A DNA stretch of 44,127 bases from Candidatus Magasanikiibacteriota bacterium (GTDB taxonomy: Bacteria > Patescibacteriota > Patescibacteriia > Magasanikbacterales > GWA2-37-8), in assembly GCA_943357105.1 (NCBI GenBank), contig CALRGC010000004.1, forward strand, positions 22,640-66,766, written 5' to 3'. Shown one piece after another: positions 18,022 through 26,215 of this stretch. How positions within the stretch are numbered: the stretch's first letter is position 1; every line of letters begins with the position of its first letter. The notes beneath the pieces were generated by a model. It was not told the origin of the DNA and ran no database searches. It was given only the letters and a program-made list of their open reading frames with translations. Position numbers and translations under genes: made by a program.

Positions 18022-19269
18022 TTAAACTATTTCAATTTTTGGAAGAGGAAAAATTAAATGACCATTATGATTTAAATAGTCATGTTCTCTCATGATTGTA
18101 TTCTCTCTAAAATGCCACGGTAAGACTAATAAATAATCAGGGTTCAACTTTTTTGCTTCCTCTTCCGAAATTATCGGAATATTGGTTCCCGGTGTTAGGC
18201 GTCCATATTTATATTCATTGACTTCGGCGATAGCCGGTATAAAATCTAAGCCAAAATTGCAATATTGTAATATTACATTTCCTTTGGTGGAAGCTCCGTA
18301 ACCAAATATCTTCTTCCCGGATAATTTTAATTTTGTCAGCAATTGAATCAAATCTTCTTTGTGCTTTTTTGTCATTTCAGCAAATTTATGATATATAGGC
18401 CATTCATCATAACCGTTCGCCTTCTCCTCATTTAAGATTTTTTGAATTTTTTCAACATTTTCTTTATAAGCAGACGTGGCCTGTGCCATTGTAACTCTAA
18501 AACTCCCACCATTGGCATTATTAAAGTCGACATCGACTATTTTCAATCCAACTTTTTTAACCATCCAATCAATTTGTGCCAAACCATAATACTCTATATG
18601 CTCGTGACAGATAGTGTCGTAAGAGGTGTTTTCAATCATAAACGGCATATAACTTTGCTCAATCACCCACAAACCGTCGTTAGCTAAAATTTCTTTTATA
18701 TCCTCCATGAATTTAATAGGATCTTCCAGATCATAAAACATAGCCACTGAGGTAATAACCTTGGCTTTCTCTTTAAATCGGCTCGTTATTAGTTTGCTAG
18801 AAAAAAACTCCGGAACAATTGTTATATTATTTCGATAATATTCTTTAAATTTTGCCGCTGTTGGATCAATACCAACTAATTGGGCATTTTGATTAACATA
18901 ACCACCGAGTAAAGTTCCGTCATTGCTAGCGATATCAATGACTAAATCACCGTCATTTAACTGCACTCGGCTCTCTACTTCTTTTACCAAATCGTATAGA
19001 TGTTTAACCATAGACGCGTTCAATCCGGAACGATAACCATAATTATCACCATACATTGTCCCTAAATCATAGGTGTGTCTTAGTTGCACCAGTCCACAAC
19101 ATTTACCAACACCTTCATCCCAGCACTTCACCAAATCCAAAGGACTGGAATCGATTACTTCACCCGGTTTTGGGAAAAAACCGGTCAAATACATATTGCC
19201 CAAATCAATTACTGTGCGTAAATTTTCGTTACCACAGACTCTGCATTTTTTTATTTCTTTATAGATCAT
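18022..19269 (-). CDS. NDP-hexose C-methyltransferase (TylCIII-like: zinc-ribbon, SAM methyltransferase and C-methyltransferase C-terminal domain)
   Basis: CRVCGNENL zinc-ribbon N-terminus, VIDIASNDGTLL SAM motif, ~415 aa, which is the usual architecture of sugar C-3/C-5 methyltransferases. The probable start is the ATG at 19269 (MIYKEIKKCRVCG); the track start at 19347 lies inside the upstream gene. Confidence 0.7.
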   Translation of the reverse strand: MIYKEIKKCRVCGNENLRTVIDLGNMYLTGFFPKPGEVIDSSPLDLVKCWDEGVGKCCGLVQLRHTYDLGTMYGDNYGYRSGLNASMVKHLYDLVKEVESRVQLNDGDLVIDIASNDGTLLGGYVNQNAQLVGIDPTAAKFKEYYRNNITIVPEFFSSKLITSRFKEKAKVITSVAMFYDLEDPIKFMEDIKEILANDGLWVIEQSYMPFMIENTSYDTICHEHIEYYGLAQIDWMVKKVGLKIVDVDFNNANGGSFRVTMAQATSAYKENVEKIQKILNEEKANGYDEWPIYHKFAEMTKKHKEDLIQLLTKLKLSGKKIFGYGASTKGNVILQYCNFGLDFIPAIAEVNEYKYGRLTPGTNIPIISEEEAKKLNPDYLLVLPWHFRENTIMREHDYLNHNGHLIFPLPKIEIV

Positions 19270-20191
19270 ATTTTGAAAAATTACGCGTATACCATTTAAC
19301 ATATTCTGTAAAACCATCGGGCCAACTGATTTTTGGTTTCCAATCAAATTTAGATGCTTGGGTTATGTCAGCCCAAAAATGTCGCGGATCACCAACTTTG
19401 ACCTCTCCGTTAAAAATAATTTTTTTAGAACTACCCAACAAATTCTTAATGAACATTATTGTTTCCCGAAGAGTTATTCGGACAGCACTGCCAGCATTGA
19501 TAATATTAAATTGGTTTTTGATTTGTGCCATCTGATAGATTAAATCAACCGCATCAGATATATTAAACCAATCTCTTGTTTCTTCGCCTGTGCCCCAAAA
19601 AACGGCTGACTTAGAACTGGGGTCGGTCAATTTACAGCACGCATCCCAAATCAATTGTTTTTTGAGACCCGGACCATAGAGTGAAAAAAAACGGATAACT
19701 GTCACACCCAAACCGTAGGTTCGGCTATATAATTCGCATAGATTTTCAGCCATTATTTTGTGGGAGCCATATGGTGAAGCTGGATGTAAAATCATATCTT
19801 CCTTGAGCGGCACATCTTTCTGAAGACCATAGACGGTGGCGCCAGAAGTAAAAACAAGCTTGCTCTTAGGTTGTTTTTGTCTCATATAATCTAAAACTTC
19901 CGCGGTTGAACCTACGCTATCATTAAAATCTTTCAAAGGATCATCAAAAGATTTACTGACAACTCCACTGCCAGCACAATGTACAATAACTTCTACCCTA
20001 TCTTTAATTTTAAAAAGATTAGTTTGATTAACTTCTCCTTTAATAAAATGATCTATTCCGATCTTCTTCCTTTTGTTTAAAGACAGAGAACCACGTCCTA
20101 AACCTACTACTTTCCAACCTTCTTTTTTGAATTTTTGAGCAGTATTTCTACCTACAAATCCCGCTACTCCAGTGATTAAAACCGTTTTCAT
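19259..20191 (-). CDS. NAD(P)-dependent nucleotide-sugar epimerase/reductase (extended SDR)
   Basis: VLITGVAGFVGRN, YGSHK (YxxxK), 310 aa. Confidence 0.75.
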   Translation of the reverse strand: MKTVLITGVAGFVGRNTAQKFKKEGWKVVGLGRGSLSLNKRKKIGIDHFIKGEVNQTNLFKIKDRVEVIVHCAGSGVVSKSFDDPLKDFNDSVGSTAEVLDYMRQKQPKSKLVFTSGATVYGLQKDVPLKEDMILHPASPYGSHKIMAENLCELYSRTYGLGVTVIRFFSLYGPGLKKQLIWDACCKLTDPSSKSAVFWGTGEETRDWFNISDAVDLIYQMAQIKNQFNIINAGSAVRITLRETIMFIKNLLGSSKKIIFNGEVKVGDPRHFWADITQASKFDWKPKISWPDGFTEYVKWYTRNFSKYDL

Positions 20192-20194
20192 AAT

Positions 20195-21100
20195 TTATAG
20201 CGATTCTGTTTCTTTAGATATAACATTAAATATTGGCATTCCTTTAATCTTTTCTAAACGTTCACTGCCTGACAAAAACGATAGATCTCCCTGCTCATTT
20301 CGGCTGTCCCTAAACTTAGAAACAACATAACCTTCTTTGGCGGAAAGCGGCTTTAGATTGCCAATTTTGTCTTTTCTGACAAAGTAAGCGTTATTCCCAG
20401 CGCTATTACTACCAATAAAATTATAGCCCTTGATTTCAGCCAATGCACACAAAGCTGGGAGCGAAGTCCCCCAGTATAGATTACTGAAGTGCGCTTTAGT
20501 TCGGTTAAAATCAGGACGATAAGGGACGGTAACAGTTCGTTCATTACCAAAAATACTGTTATATTCAACAATAACTAATATTGGACTAGTGACGGTAATT
20601 GCTTCCCAAACCCAATAGTCATTACCATCTATATCTATACTCAACAAACCTATCTCACCAGCAAAGCCGTTATCTTTAAGCAACGCGTTAATATTTTCCT
20701 TGGAAATAAAAGCGGCTACCGCTTGCAGGTCATAGCGCCATACGATTTCATCATCTTTAATACTGGCAACATTTTTTACCGATCCGTCCATGACCAAACC
20801 CGACCAATTGTTGTTCATTAACAAAAAACGAGTGTTGGCTTCCAAATAATTTTCCACCCCAAACTCAACAAAACGCTTATCCGTGATGTCTAATTGCTGG
20901 AGAAAATATTGAATAATTCCGTCATCACCAAACTGTGAAAACACTTTAAACTCAACTTCAGCCAAATTTTGTATATTCTTTTTGGTAGCCAGTTGCTGAC
21001 TAAGCAGTCTGCCCGTGAGCAAAACATTCGCCAGCAATAACTGGCGAATTTCGTTCATGAAGCGACCTAGACGTTGTTTAAGTTTATTCAGAAAAAACAT
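20195..21100 (-). CDS. Uncharacterised protein with FkbM-like methyltransferase-fold features
   Basis: FSQFGDDGIIQYFL..RFVEFGV and LLSIDIDGNDYWVWE parallel the YAQEGEDLVL..FFVDIGA and LNIDVEGLDLAVLE motifs of the clear FkbM-family gene at 34852-35538. Confidence 0.4.
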   Translation of the reverse strand: MFFLNKLKQRLGRFMNEIRQLLLANVLLTGRLLSQQLATKKNIQNLAEVEFKVFSQFGDDGIIQYFLQQLDITDKRFVEFGVENYLEANTRFLLMNNNWSGLVMDGSVKNVASIKDDEIVWRYDLQAVAAFISKENINALLKDNGFAGEIGLLSIDIDGNDYWVWEAITVTSPILVIVEYNSIFGNERTVTVPYRPDFNRTKAHFSNLYWGTSLPALCALAEIKGYNFIGSNSAGNNAYFVRKDKIGNLKPLSAKEGYVVSKFRDSRNEQGDLSFLSGSERLEKIKGMPIFNVISKETESL

Positions 21101-21127
21101 AGCTCAATAGTACCATTATATCTCCAT

Positions 21128-21157
21128 ATTTTAGCAAATTAAGGCCTTTACTGTCAA
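21128..21157 (-). promoter_or_regulatory. Candidate internal sigma70-type promoter
   Basis: The minus strand reads TTGACA (rc of 21152-21157), an 18-nt spacer, then TAAAAT (rc of 21128-21133). It lies in the 102-nt gap between the ACP gene and the 301-aa gene. Confidence 0.3.
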
Positions 21158-21202
21158 TGTAATAATCCTCCAATGTATAGGCTTTAAACCACCTGTTCTT
21201 CA

Positions 21203-21439
21203 TTATTCTACCATCGACACGCCGTGTTTTTTTAAGGCTTCTTTAATATCGCGAAAATCTTTAATCTCGACTACTTCTTCAATATTAAATTTAACACCAT
21301 ATTCTTTTTCCAAAGCCGAAATCAACATCAGTCCATTAAATGAATCCCAGGCCGCGACGTTTTCCGGCGAGCTCGCGTCGTTAATACTGTCTTCAGAAAT
21401 TTCCAAAATTGATGCTAAAACAGCTTTCGGTGATCGCAT
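21203..21439 (-). CDS. Acyl/peptidyl carrier protein
   Basis: 78 aa and acidic, with AAWDSFNGLMLISALEKEYGV carrying the DS(L/F) phosphopantetheine-attachment serine. Confidence 0.8.
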   Translation of the reverse strand: MRSPKAVLASILEISEDSINDASSPENVAAWDSFNGLMLISALEKEYGVKFNIEEVVEIKDFRDIKEALKKHGVSMVE

Positions 21440-21443
21440 ATAA

Positions 21444-22304
21444 TTAATTGTTTAAAAAAATTTTCAGACACTCAAGGTATTGGCCCGGTTCTTCCAGGTG
21501 GGGCAGATGGGAGCTTTTTTCAAATATTTGCAATTTGGAACCAGCAATTTGAGCTTGATAGAAAGCTACATCTTCTGGACTAGCACCATCAAAGCGACCG
21601 CCAGTAAACAGAGTCGGTAGTGTAAGCTCTTTTAGTCGTTCGCTCCGATCATATTCAGCCAGATTTCCCGAAACCGTGTATTCATTCGGTCCCCACATCC
21701 GCAAGTAGACCTCGCGATTAAAACCATGCTTAGCGGCCTTAATGAGACTCGGTTCCTGTTGCATCCTGCATTCATAGGTTTTATAGTAAAGAGTCCTTGC
21801 AATTTTATATTCCCGGACTTCGCCCTTACCATTTTCCTCATATTCCCGAATTAAAATTCCATAATTATTAGGCAACTCCGCAAGATAGCGGTCCGTGGTT
21901 TCTTTCCACCGTTTTAGGCTAAGGCATGGACTAGCAAAGATTGCCCTTTTTATTTCTGAAGGCTGGGTAAGCAAATATTCTACGGCCAACATTGCGCCCC
22001 AAGAATGGCCAAACAGATCGATATTTTTCAAATTCAATTTTTCTATTACCGCAACCAGTTCTTGAACAAAATATTCAATCGTACAAAATTTCGGATCGCG
22101 AGTATGGCTGGATCTACCGCACCCGATTTGATCAAAAAAAACCACTTGATGCTTATCGGAGAGCGCCTCTAAATTCCATAAGTAATCGCTAGGATACCCC
22201 GGTCCGCCGTGAACAATTAAAAGTGGCGGAAGGTCGGATGAACCAACGGTCTTGTACCACAGCGATCCCCAAGGCAGTTGGATAAAACCTTCTTTATTAG
22301 TCAT
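21444..22304 (-). CDS. Alpha/beta hydrolase of the prolyl-iminopeptidase type (possible acyl/aminoacyl transferase or thioesterase)
   Basis: LLIVHGGPGYPS (HGGPG oxyanion motif), LFGHSWGAM (GxSxG nucleophile elbow), 286 aa. Confidence 0.7.
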   Translation of the reverse strand: MTNKEGFIQLPWGSLWYKTVGSSDLPPLLIVHGGPGYPSDYLWNLEALSDKHQVVFFDQIGCGRSSHTRDPKFCTIEYFVQELVAVIEKLNLKNIDLFGHSWGAMLAVEYLLTQPSEIKRAIFASPCLSLKRWKETTDRYLAELPNNYGILIREYEENGKGEVREYKIARTLYYKTYECRMQQEPSLIKAAKHGFNREVYLRMWGPNEYTVSGNLAEYDRSERLKELTLPTLFTGGRFDGASPEDVAFYQAQIAGSKLQIFEKSSHLPHLEEPGQYLECLKIFLNN

Positions 22305-23355
22305 GGCTCACCTTGATTATTTCCTGAAATAAATCAAAAGCTTTCCCATCAGAAACTGGTCGGGTTGGAGATTTCATTAAAAACGGAGAGGCTTTCCAAG
22401 CATCAGATTGCCTATTGGAATCCATTAAAAACTTTGCAACCCGTATAGCATCTACCAGTACACCCGCGCCATTTACACTAATTTCATCTTCAATCACCGA
22501 ATGGATCGTTATTGGCACGCGACCAAACATTTCACCTTCAATATCAATCGTCACTCGCTTGTGGCCGGAAGGTACGCCAGTATAGATAAAATTGACCTTA
22601 GGTTTAACATCGTCTTCTGTCAAGAACTGTGTCAAAGCTTCTCTTTTTGATTTTTCTTTGCTGGCCGCCCGATCCAATAAATTAAAATGGTCGGCATTTC
22701 CACCACGATTTTCCTGCTCTGATTTCAATACCCGGATACCGCGGATCTTAAGAAATTCTAACAGAATACGATTCAACATGGTCGCGCCTAACTGGCTCTT
22801 AATATCATCGCCCAAAAGCACCAAACCTTTAGCTTCAAAACGTTGAGTCCAGTCGGACAAAGTGGCCAATGGCGTCGGGATGCAATTAATAAAACCACAA
22901 CCAGCATCCAATGCGGCTTGAGCATATGCCAGTGTGGCTTGTTCACCTCCGGAAGGTACTAAATTAACTACCAGATCAGCCTTTGATTCGCGAAGCACAG
23001 TAGCAACATCGGTGGCTGGCGTAGTACTTTCCTGAACAAAAGATTCTTTCATCGCCTTACTCACGCTGTCCAAAGTCGGTCCGCGATGCACGACAGCGTC
23101 ATATGTCAAACTTTCAGTGATTTGTTTAGTGATATTTGGTTTCACGGAAATGGCTTCGTGAAGTTTTTTACCGACTTTGCGTTCATCAACATCAAAAGCC
23201 GCTACAAAATTAATATCTTGGACCTGATATGGGCCAATAAAAGGATTCATAAGACCGCGATGCTCATTGGGGTTTTTCGTATAAAAAGCCACACCTTCTA
23301 CTAGAGCCTTAGTAAAGCTTCCTACACCGACAATCGCTACGTTAATTTTTTTCAT
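22297..23355 (-). CDS. ino1: myo-Inositol-1-phosphate synthase family enzyme (inositol-3-phosphate synthase homologue)
   Basis: VAIVGVGSFTKALVEGV, GPYQVQDINFVAAFDVDERKVG, HRGPTLD, LLGDDIKSQLGATMLNR, GGNADHF and LMKSP are collinear with bacterial Ino1 as I recall it (M. tuberculosis). Confidence 0.75.
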   Translation of the reverse strand: MKKINVAIVGVGSFTKALVEGVAFYTKNPNEHRGLMNPFIGPYQVQDINFVAAFDVDERKVGKKLHEAISVKPNITKQITESLTYDAVVHRGPTLDSVSKAMKESFVQESTTPATDVATVLRESKADLVVNLVPSGGEQATLAYAQAALDAGCGFINCIPTPLATLSDWTQRFEAKGLVLLGDDIKSQLGATMLNRILLEFLKIRGIRVLKSEQENRGGNADHFNLLDRAASKEKSKREALTQFLTEDDVKPKVNFIYTGVPSGHKRVTIDIEGEMFGRVPITIHSVIEDEISVNGAGVLVDAIRVAKFLMDSNRQSDAWKASPFLMKSPTRPVSDGKAFDLFQEIIKVSHD

Positions 23356-23356
23356 A

Positions 23357-25093
23357 CTAATTTTCTTCTATTATCGGGTTCATTTCCGCGTCCAGTGTGG
23401 AAAAATCCCCGAGGGGTGAATTAGATTCTTGTGATCTTAGAATGCGTCTCATAATCTTCCCGCTTTTAGTCTTTGGCAATTTATCTACGAATTCTATCTC
23501 CCGAGGTGCCACATGACTGGCCAATTTATCCCTGACATAAGCAGTTAGCTCGGTTTTTAACTGATCTGTTCCCGATACGCCAGGCTTTAGCATGATAAAA
23601 GCTTTTATTATGGATCCAAACAGTTGGTCTGGTTTTCCAATTACTGCTGCTTCCGCCACTTTAGGGTGCGCTACCAAAAAACTTTCTATTTCAAATGGGC
23701 TTATCCTTTCCCCAGCACTCTTGATTATGTCGTCTTCACGACCCTGAAACCAAAAATAGCCATCGGCATCCTGATAGGCGGAATCACCGGAAATATACCA
23801 ACCATTCTGAAAATATTCCTCAAATTTTTTTTGATTACCCCATACGGTTTTCATAAGTCCCGGCCACGGTGTTTTAACGGCCAGCCGGCCAATGGTTCCA
23901 ACTGGAAGCTCCTCACCTTGCTCGCTTAGAATAGCCGCCCGGATACCGGGCAGAGGCTTACCCATTGAACCTTTTCTTATCGGCAAGCATCGATAATTAT
24001 TAATTAATTGATGGCCGTTTTCAGTCATGTACCAGGAATCATGGATCGGGATGCTTAAATTGTTTTCAGTCCAATCAATCAGACTAGGATTGAGCGGCTC
24101 ACCAGCACTGACTATATGTCGTAGCTTAGGCAAATGCTCCCGATCAAATGGTACGCCATAGTAACGCAATAGTCGAAAAGCTGTAGGCGTACTGTACCAG
24201 ACGCTTATTCCCATCCGCGACATAAACTTAATCCAATCCAAAGGATGAAAAGGTCCTTCATATAGATGGGCAGCAACGCCTAAAAGCAATGGAGCAAAAA
24301 AATTATAGATCATACCAGTCACCCAGCCTGGATCGGCAGTATTCCAGTAATTATCTTCCGGGTGCAGATCCAACACATATTTGGCTGTTAGTAAATGGCC
24401 AATCATAGCACGTGAAGAAAGCAATATCCCTTTTGGTTTGCCAGTTGATCCAGAAGTATAATGTATCACAAAGGGTGTTTCCAAATCGCCAAACTGCGTG
24501 GCGGCCGGATTTGGTTGGCCCTGATAGCAATCGCTTAACAAATGAACTGATAATCCCGGCAAGGAAATTGAAGAGTCAATCAAAATATTTGTTACGGAAA
24601 GACCGCTGTCAAAGGGAACATTTTTTATCAGATTGCTCGTAACATAAAGCCAGGTGGCACCACAGTCATTAAGACGATCTACGATTGCTTCCCGGCCAAA
24701 AGCCGAAAATAATGGCACAGCAACAGCGCCACACTTAATCGCCGCTAATAGCACGACTGCGTAATCAAGAGACTTGGCGGCGTAAAGTCCAAAACGATCA
24801 CCGGCTTTTAACCCTCTAGAACGTAGCGACGTCGCCAAGATGGATGTTAAATCAGCCAATTCCCTGAAAGTAATACTGACCACACGGCCATCTGTCTTTT
24901 GAGAAATAAAGGCTGGTTTGTCACCATTGCCTTTTTGTACCTGATAGTCGGTAACTTCATAAGCATAGTTAACTTTACCTGTAGAGTTGAAGGAAAATTC
25001 TTTATGCCAATGATCCCAATTAAAATCAAACTTAGCTGATTCATAATCAGTTAGGTTTGGCGAAAGGTTAAGAATATCTGTGTTGGGGTACAT
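23357..25093 (-). CDS. AMP-forming acyl-CoA/acyl-carrier-protein ligase (ANL superfamily, acetyl-CoA-synthetase-like)
   Basis: YTSGSTGKPKG (A3), YISGDSAY..GREDDIIKSAGERISPFEIE (A8) and LPKTKSGKIMRR (A10 lysine). Confidence 0.85.
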   Translation of the reverse strand: MYPNTDILNLSPNLTDYESAKFDFNWDHWHKEFSFNSTGKVNYAYEVTDYQVQKGNGDKPAFISQKTDGRVVSITFRELADLTSILATSLRSRGLKAGDRFGLYAAKSLDYAVVLLAAIKCGAVAVPLFSAFGREAIVDRLNDCGATWLYVTSNLIKNVPFDSGLSVTNILIDSSISLPGLSVHLLSDCYQGQPNPAATQFGDLETPFVIHYTSGSTGKPKGILLSSRAMIGHLLTAKYVLDLHPEDNYWNTADPGWVTGMIYNFFAPLLLGVAAHLYEGPFHPLDWIKFMSRMGISVWYSTPTAFRLLRYYGVPFDREHLPKLRHIVSAGEPLNPSLIDWTENNLSIPIHDSWYMTENGHQLINNYRCLPIRKGSMGKPLPGIRAAILSEQGEELPVGTIGRLAVKTPWPGLMKTVWGNQKKFEEYFQNGWYISGDSAYQDADGYFWFQGREDDIIKSAGERISPFEIESFLVAHPKVAEAAVIGKPDQLFGSIIKAFIMLKPGVSGTDQLKTELTAYVRDKLASHVAPREIEFVDKLPKTKSGKIMRRILRSQESNSPLGDFSTLDAEMNPIIEEN

Positions 25094-25094
25094 A

Positions 25095-25466
25095 TTACTT
25101 TTTAATCAAATATCCCTCCTTAAAAATTACCAAAGCGGCGGCGGAACTAGGACTATGAGCCAAACTAACCAAAACTTTAAGCTTTGGGACTCTGACAAAA
25201 CGCAGTTTTGGCTGACCGCTTTTACGGGTTAAAATTTCAATATCAGTATAATCGAAGCCACGCATACCGCCCATCGCCTTTATAAAGGCCTCCTTGGCGG
25301 CAAATCGCGCGGCCAGATGTTCGGCAGGTTTGACTTTGCCAAAACAATATTTTAACTCTTTAGAGGTAAAAACTCTCTTCAAAAAATTATCATTTTTACT
25401 ATGGTAAAATTTTTGAAAACGCGCTATATCTTCAATATCAATTCCGCATCTTAAATTCTCTATCAT
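25095..25466 (-). CDS. acpS: Holo-ACP synthase (AcpS-type 4'-phosphopantetheinyl transferase)
   Basis: CGIDIEDIARF and AARFAAKEAFIKA motifs. The start at 25466 (MIENLRCGIDIE) gives a typical 123-aa AcpS. The track ORF extends to 25562, adding a 32-aa hydrophobic N-terminus that overlaps the upstream gene by 8 nt. Confidence 0.75.
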   Translation of the reverse strand: MIENLRCGIDIEDIARFQKFYHSKNDNFLKRVFTSKELKYCFGKVKPAEHLAARFAAKEAFIKAMGGMRGFDYTDIEILTRKSGQPKLRFVRVPKLKVLVSLAHSPSSAAALVIFKEGYLIKK

Positions 25467-25485
25467 ATTTAGACCAACAAAGGCT

Positions 25486-25514
25486 ATAATACCATATACT
25501 ATGGGGTTTAGCAA
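25486..25514 (-). promoter_or_regulatory. Candidate promoter with extended -10, upstream of the short AcpS start
   Basis: The minus strand reads TTGCTA (rc of 25509-25514), a 17-nt spacer, then TGgTATTAT (-10 is the rc of 25486-25491). It is only meaningful if acpS starts at 25466. Confidence 0.25.
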
Positions 25515-25554
25515 TATAAAACTGAGCAAAAGAGTAAGCGCCTTGGAGCTAACT

Positions 25555-26151
25555 TTAGCCAATTATGGCCACATCAACGGCTGGTCTTATTTTTTTAATG
25601 ATTACCGCCGGATTGCCGGCAACCACCGTAAACGGCTCCACATTAGAAGCAACAAAGCTCCCGGCCGCAATTATTGCGCCCTGACCAATATGTACACCTT
25701 TTAAAATTATGGAATTTGCGCCAATCAATACATCATCATCAATAACGATTTCACGTTCTCGCAAATTAATGGTGCGAGGCTGCCCGTGTTCAATAATCTC
25801 TTTGAAATGATTATGCCGTTCAACTATATCTAGGGGATGTGTATCATTGTCAAAAATATTACAATTATGAGAAATAAGGACTCTATTACCTATGCTAATC
25901 TTTTTTGCTGACCAAATATAGGTATTCCTTCCGACAAAACAAAAATCACCTATTTTTATTTCTCCTCCGTGACCAAATACAAGCAACTCGCCTTTTATGT
26001 GGGTGTTATTACCTATTTTTATCTTCTCTTTTTTATTCAGATTATTTATTATTGAAGCCGTCTCGTACAGCACACTCTTTTCACCTAAAAGATAATCTTT
26101 CTCTTTAAATGGTTTAAAAAATAAATTGTAAACAATTCCTTTAATATTCAT
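25555..26151 (-). CDS. Left-handed beta-helix (hexapeptide-repeat) acyl/acetyltransferase
   Basis: [89 protein letters not shown]. An AGGTGG SD-like sequence lies ~9 nt upstream of the ATG. Confidence 0.8.
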   Translation of the reverse strand: MNIKGIVYNLFFKPFKEKDYLLGEKSVLYETASIINNLNKKEKIKIGNNTHIKGELLVFGHGGEIKIGDFCFVGRNTYIWSAKKISIGNRVLISHNCNIFDNDTHPLDIVERHNHFKEIIEHGQPRTINLREREIVIDDDVLIGANSIILKGVHIGQGAIIAAGSFVASNVEPFTVVAGNPAVIIKKIRPAVDVAIIG

Positions 26152-26215
26152 AATATTGATCCCACCTAACTTGCGAGAAATATTTTAGCTTAACCATCCA
26201 TGACTAGGTTCGCGT

